From positions 1 through 10,887 of the forward strand of contig JASLXV010000016.1 of the NCBI GenBank assembly GCA_030740155.1: a stretch of DNA of 10,887 nucleotides, written 5' to 3'. The position numbers and the translations under genes are program-made. Under the pieces are notes generated by a model, which saw only the letters and a program-made list of their open reading frames with translations, was not told the origin of the DNA and did not search any database. Below are positions 7,405 to 10,887 of the stretch, piece by piece. The stretch is from Dehalococcoidia bacterium (GTDB lineage Bacteria > Chloroflexota > Dehalococcoidia > Lucifugimonadales > UBA3495). The first letter of the stretch is position 1; every line of letters begins with the position of its first letter.

Positions 7405-8604
7405 CTAGACGACGCCCTCTTCCCTGAGCTGGCCCAGCTGATCCGGGTCGTAGCCCAACACCTCTTCGAGGATCTCATCCGTATGCTGGCCAAGGGTCGG
7501 AGGCGATTTCATCACCACCGGCGAATCGGACAGCTTGATGGGGCAGCCGGCGGTCAGGAAGGCCCCCCGGGTCGGGTAGTGCGATTCTACGATCATCTCG
7601 CGTTCCCGAAGGTGGGGATCGGCAAGGAGGTCTCCGGTATCGTTTACCGGCCCGCAGGGAACGCCGGCTCCGGCCAGGATGCGCGCCGCATCTTGCTTGT
7701 CACGTTGGGAAGTCCATCCCTCAATCAGGGCGGTGACCTCTTTGACATGCTTGCGCCGGGCTTCCGGGGAGGCGAACATCGGGTCGTCCAAAGTCTCCTC
7801 CTTGCCCATCGCCCGGATCATAGCTTCCCACATCTGCTGGTTCGCGGCGTGAACGAATACGTAGTCGGCGCGCCCCCCTCCGGTGGTCTTGAATATCCCG
7901 CTGGGCACGGCGGTCCCCGTCTGGTTGGCCGAGGCCGGGACCGGCCCGCCGATCTGCTGGTGCTCCCTGATGCGAGGGCGCAGCAGGTTGACGACCGCGT
8001 CCTGCATCGAGACCTCCACCCGTTGCCCCTTGCCGGTGGCTTGACGCTGCAGCAGCGCCGCCAGGATGCCGGCGACACAGTGCATGCCCGTTCCTGAATC
8101 TCCAATGGCCGCTCCATTGAGCAAAGGCTGAGCTTCGGGAAACCCGGTGACGCTCATGGCCCCGCCGGTCGCCTGGGCAATCGGCTCGAAGCACTTGTAA
8201 TCGGAGTTGGGCCCGTAGGTGCCAAATCCCTTGACCGAGGCGTAGACCAGGCGGGGGTTCAACTCCCGCATCGCCTCATAGCCCACCCCCATGCGCTCCG
8301 CCGTGCCGGGGCCAAAATTCTCCATCAGCACGTCGGCGGTCTTGACCAGGGCTTGGAAGATTTCGAGGCCCTGGCCGGTTTTCAAGTTCAAGGTGAGACC
8401 GCGCTTGTTGGAGTTCATCGCCAGGAAATTCAGGCTGTCGGTATCCTCTCGGTCCTTGTTGTTGTACCGGTTGGCATCGCCTTTGCCCGGCTGCTCGATC
8501 TTGATGACATCCGCCCCAAGCCAGGCCAGGATCTGGGTGCACGACGGCCCCGCCTGAAAATGGGTGAGGTCTAAAACCCTGGTCCCTGTCAACGCCTGCC
8601 CCAT
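7405..8604 (-). CDS. Class III (CaiB/BaiF) CoA transferase, formyl-CoA transferase (Frc)-like, 399 aa
   Basis: ATG at 8604 after AAGGAG. VLDLTHFQAGPSCTQILAWLGADVIKIE, NSNKR, ENFGPG, NPRLVYASVKGFG, catalytic Asp in IGDSGTGMH (residue 169 from this start) and PTLGQHT. Confidence 0.95.
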   Translation of the reverse strand: MGQALTGTRVLDLTHFQAGPSCTQILAWLGADVIKIEQPGKGDANRYNNKDREDTDSLNFLAMNSNKRGLTLNLKTGQGLEIFQALVKTADVLMENFGPGTAERMGVGYEAMRELNPRLVYASVKGFGTYGPNSDYKCFEPIAQATGGAMSVTGFPEAQPLLNGAAIGDSGTGMHCVAGILAALLQRQATGKGQRVEVSMQDAVVNLLRPRIREHQQIGGPVPASANQTGTAVPSGIFKTTGGGRADYVFVHAANQQMWEAMIRAMGKEETLDDPMFASPEARRKHVKEVTALIEGWTSQRDKQDAARILAGAGVPCGPVNDTGDLLADPHLREREMIVESHYPTRGAFLTAGCPIKLSDSPVVMKSPPTLGQHTDEILEEVLGYDPDQLGQLREEGVV

Positions 8605-8691
8605 ATCTTCCCGCTCCTTCTGCCGGGCCGAAAGCCGCGTTCGCCCGGCGAGAAATTTCAAATTGTGTGGCCCGCTCGCTTGACTATCTAG

Positions 8692-8700
8692 AGGATACCA
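8692..8700 (-). promoter_or_regulatory. Candidate extended -10 promoter for the CoA transferase
   Basis: Minus strand TGgTATCCT about 90 bp upstream of the ATG. Confidence 0.4.
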
Positions 8701-8850
8701 CGTGGGGCCAGCCAGCGTTCCCCGGTTTTTGCACCACTTATCGTGCAGGGCTTTCAAGGTTTGGCACTGGCCCTTCGTCTGCTTGGCCAGGAGAACCTCG
8801 CCTGACGTGCCGATTTCTCGAGGCCCGATGGGTCCGGTATCCGCCTTCGC

Positions 8851-8880
8851 TTGTTCTTCATCGAAGGGTAGCTATATAAT
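8851..8880 (+). promoter_or_regulatory. Candidate sigma70 promoter for the panE-like gene
   Basis: TTGTTC (8851-8856), 18 bp spacer, consensus TATAAT (8875-8880), 48 bp before the ATG. Confidence 0.6.
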
Positions 8881-8928
8881 CCACTGCGTCACGGAGATTG
8901 ACAGGGAACGATGAAAGGGAGGCGCAGG

Positions 8929-9960
8929 ATGTTCGAAAGGATGGCAATCGTTGGATGCGGCGCGATTGGAGGCACTCTTGGAGGATACCTCACCAGAGCG
9001 GGCCATGATGTGACCTTCATTGACCCCTGGGCGGCCCACGTGAATGCGATGGCCCAGGACGGCCTCCGCGTCACGGCGGTGGACGAGGATTTCACGGTGC
9101 CGGTGAAGGCGGTCCATTTGGGGGAGGCCGGCGGTATCACCCGTCCTTTCGACCTCGTGTTCCTGGCGATGAAGTCCTACGATACCGTATGGGCGACCCA
9201 CTTCATCTTGCCCTTCCTCAAACCCACCGGATTCATAGTGTCGGCCCAAAACGCCATCAACGACGAGTTGATCGCGCCCATCGTGGGCTTTACCAGGGAC
9301 ATTGGATGTGTCATCACCCTGGGAGCGGGTATGTACGAGCCGGGCCAGGTGCTCCGGACCAGCATGCCCGGCAGGCACGCTTTGACCGTCGGGGAACTCA
9401 CCGGCATGGCCACCCCTCGCGTCACGGAACTCGCGGAAATGTTGGGCTGTGTGGGGCCCACCAAGGTCACCAACAACCTCTGGGGCGAGAGGTGGGCCAA
9501 GCTGGCCACCAACTGCATGGCCAACTCTCTGTGCGCCCTGACCGGTCTGGGTTCCGCCGGGAGCCGGACGACGCCGGTGGTGGTGGACGTATCGGTGAGG
9601 ATCGCGTCGGAGGTCGTCAAGGCCGGTGCGGCCCTGGGAGTGGAAGTGGAGCCCATCAACGGCATCCCCGCGGATATGTACCGGCGGGCGGACGACGGCC
9701 AGGTGATGGAGGAGATCAAGGACCAGCTGGCCGAAGGCGCGGGCCAACTGGGAGAGGGGCGGCCCTCAATGGCGCAGGATGTCCTCAAAGGCCGCCGCAC
9801 CGAGATAGAATATCTGAACGGCTACGTGACCGCGCGCGGTAGACAAGTAGGCATCGCGGCCCCGGCCAACGAGGCCATAACCGGACTGGTGAAACAGGTC
9901 GAGACCGGGGAGATCAAACCCGACGCGTCCAACATCAGGTTCCTCGAAGCCTTCGTTTAA
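8929..9960 (+). CDS. panE: Ketopantoate reductase (PanE/ApbA) family protein, 343 aa
   Basis: ATG at 8929 after GGGAGG. AIVGCGAIGG, AMKSY, SAQN, WAKLATN (catalytic Lys) and PSMAQD..GRRTEIEYLNG (catalytic Glu). Confidence 0.9.
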   Translation: MFERMAIVGCGAIGGTLGGYLTRAGHDVTFIDPWAAHVNAMAQDGLRVTAVDEDFTVPVKAVHLGEAGGITRPFDLVFLAMKSYDTVWATHFILPFLKPTGFIVSAQNAINDELIAPIVGFTRDIGCVITLGAGMYEPGQVLRTSMPGRHALTVGELTGMATPRVTELAEMLGCVGPTKVTNNLWGERWAKLATNCMANSLCALTGLGSAGSRTTPVVVDVSVRIASEVVKAGAALGVEVEPINGIPADMYRRADDGQVMEEIKDQLAEGAGQLGEGRPSMAQDVLKGRRTEIEYLNGYVTARGRQVGIAAPANEAITGLVKQVETGEIKPDASNIRFLEAFV

Positions 9961-10370
9961 CGCGCTGAACGCCTGAGCGACTAACGGGCAGGCTCCGCCA
10001 TTTGTGGCGTGATGGGGCCAATTTGAGACTGCTCCGCGGCCTCGGAACTCCTCTGGCGTCGAGGGTAGCTGAACCGGCCCGGCTCGCTTCCGGCGGCCGC
10101 GATGGTGCGCAGTGCCGGGAGCGGGCGGCGCGCTCTACGCCGGCGCCTCCTTGGCCCGCGCTATCATCCCTCGGCAGCCCGGGTGTCCCCGGTACGCTTC
10201 TTCCGGCCCCGGTCCGTGACCGCCTCCGGGAGCGTGCGCTGTTCCCGAATTCGGGAGCCCTCGTTTCGACCGCACCGGCCGACCGCAGGCCGGCGAACTC
10301 CGGGCCCGTACGTGGCGATTACCGGCTACAGTGGCCGTTGGCTTTCAATATAGAAGGGTAGTGTTCTCGC

Positions 10371-10887
10371 ATGGAGGATAGTTCAACAACCCCCAGGGCC
10401 CGCCACAAGGTCTTCTTCGGCTGGAAGATCGTGGCGGCGGGCGCGGTCCTCAATGCCCTGGCCGCCGGCGCCTACTTTACCGGCTTCTCAGTCTACTTCC
10501 TTCCCGTGACCCGGGACTTCGGGCGGAGCCGGGCCGCCATCTCCCTGGCCCACGGCCTGGGCCGGCTGGAAGGGGGATTCGGAGCGCCGGTGGCCGGGTA
10601 TCTGGTGGACCGGCTCGGCCCCCGGACGATGGTGGCCTTCGGCGGCATCACCGCTGGGCTGGGGTTCATTCTGTTGGGCTTTACTCACAACTTTCCCACG
10701 TTCCTGCTGGTGTACGTCGGCGTCATTTCCCTGGGCATGAGCGCCGGATTCAACAATGGCATCGGCGCCGCTATCAACCACTGGTTCATTCGCCGCCGGG
10801 GCTTCGCCATGTCCTTAACCTACCTGGGCCAGTCGATAGGTGGCGCCGTCATCACCCCGGCCGTCGCCTTCATCGTGCTCAGCGCCG
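10371..10887 (+). CDS. MFS transporter (monocarboxylate/OFA-like); 5' part only, runs off the right edge
   Basis: Not in the ORF track; translated by hand: MEDSSTTPRARHKVFFGWKIVAAGAVLNALAAGAYFTGFSVYFLPVTRDFG...GYLVDRLGPR (MFS motif A)...NHWFIRRRGFAMSL..GQSIGG, with multiple hydrophobic helices. Confidence 0.95.
   Translation, partial: MEDSSTTPRARHKVFFGWKIVAAGAVLNALAAGAYFTGFSVYFLPVTRDFGRSRAAISLAHGLGRLEGGFGAPVAGYLVDRLGPRTMVAFGGITAGLGFILLGFTHNFPTFLLVYVGVISLGMSAGFNNGIGAAINHWFIRRRGFAMSLTYLGQSIGGAVITPAVAFIVLSA

Noticed and set aside
10002..10361. 119 aa and 83 aa ORFs in the gap before the MFS gene
   Set aside because: Pro/Arg/Ala-rich composition typical of non-coding GC-rich DNA, no clear RBS and no motifs.

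Overview
GC-rich bacterial chromosomal segment with eight protein-coding genes in mixed orientation, all small-molecule metabolism or transport: amidase-signature enzyme (-, cut by the left edge), mandelate racemase/enolase-superfamily enzyme (-), MmgE/PrpD dehydratase and a ThiO/DadA-type FAD oxidoreductase (+, probable two-gene operon), a multi-domain Old Yellow Enzyme Fe-S flavoprotein (-), a formyl-CoA transferase-like class III CoA transferase (-), a ketopantoate reductase-family protein (+) and an MFS transporter (+, cut by the right edge). Non-coding features are a CGTC-tagged REP/RPE4-like palindrome between the convergent genes, several extended -10 promoter candidates, small tandem duplications at the OYE start and a possibly structured leader upstream of the amidase. 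No transposase, phage, CRISPR, tRNA or rRNA was seen. The most notable pattern is that several enzymes carry non-canonical active-site motifs, which suggests uncharacterised reactions. The gene mix resembles Chloroflexota (Dehalococcoidia/SAR202-like) genomes, but this is inference only. I found no clear evidence of a wholly new biological system.
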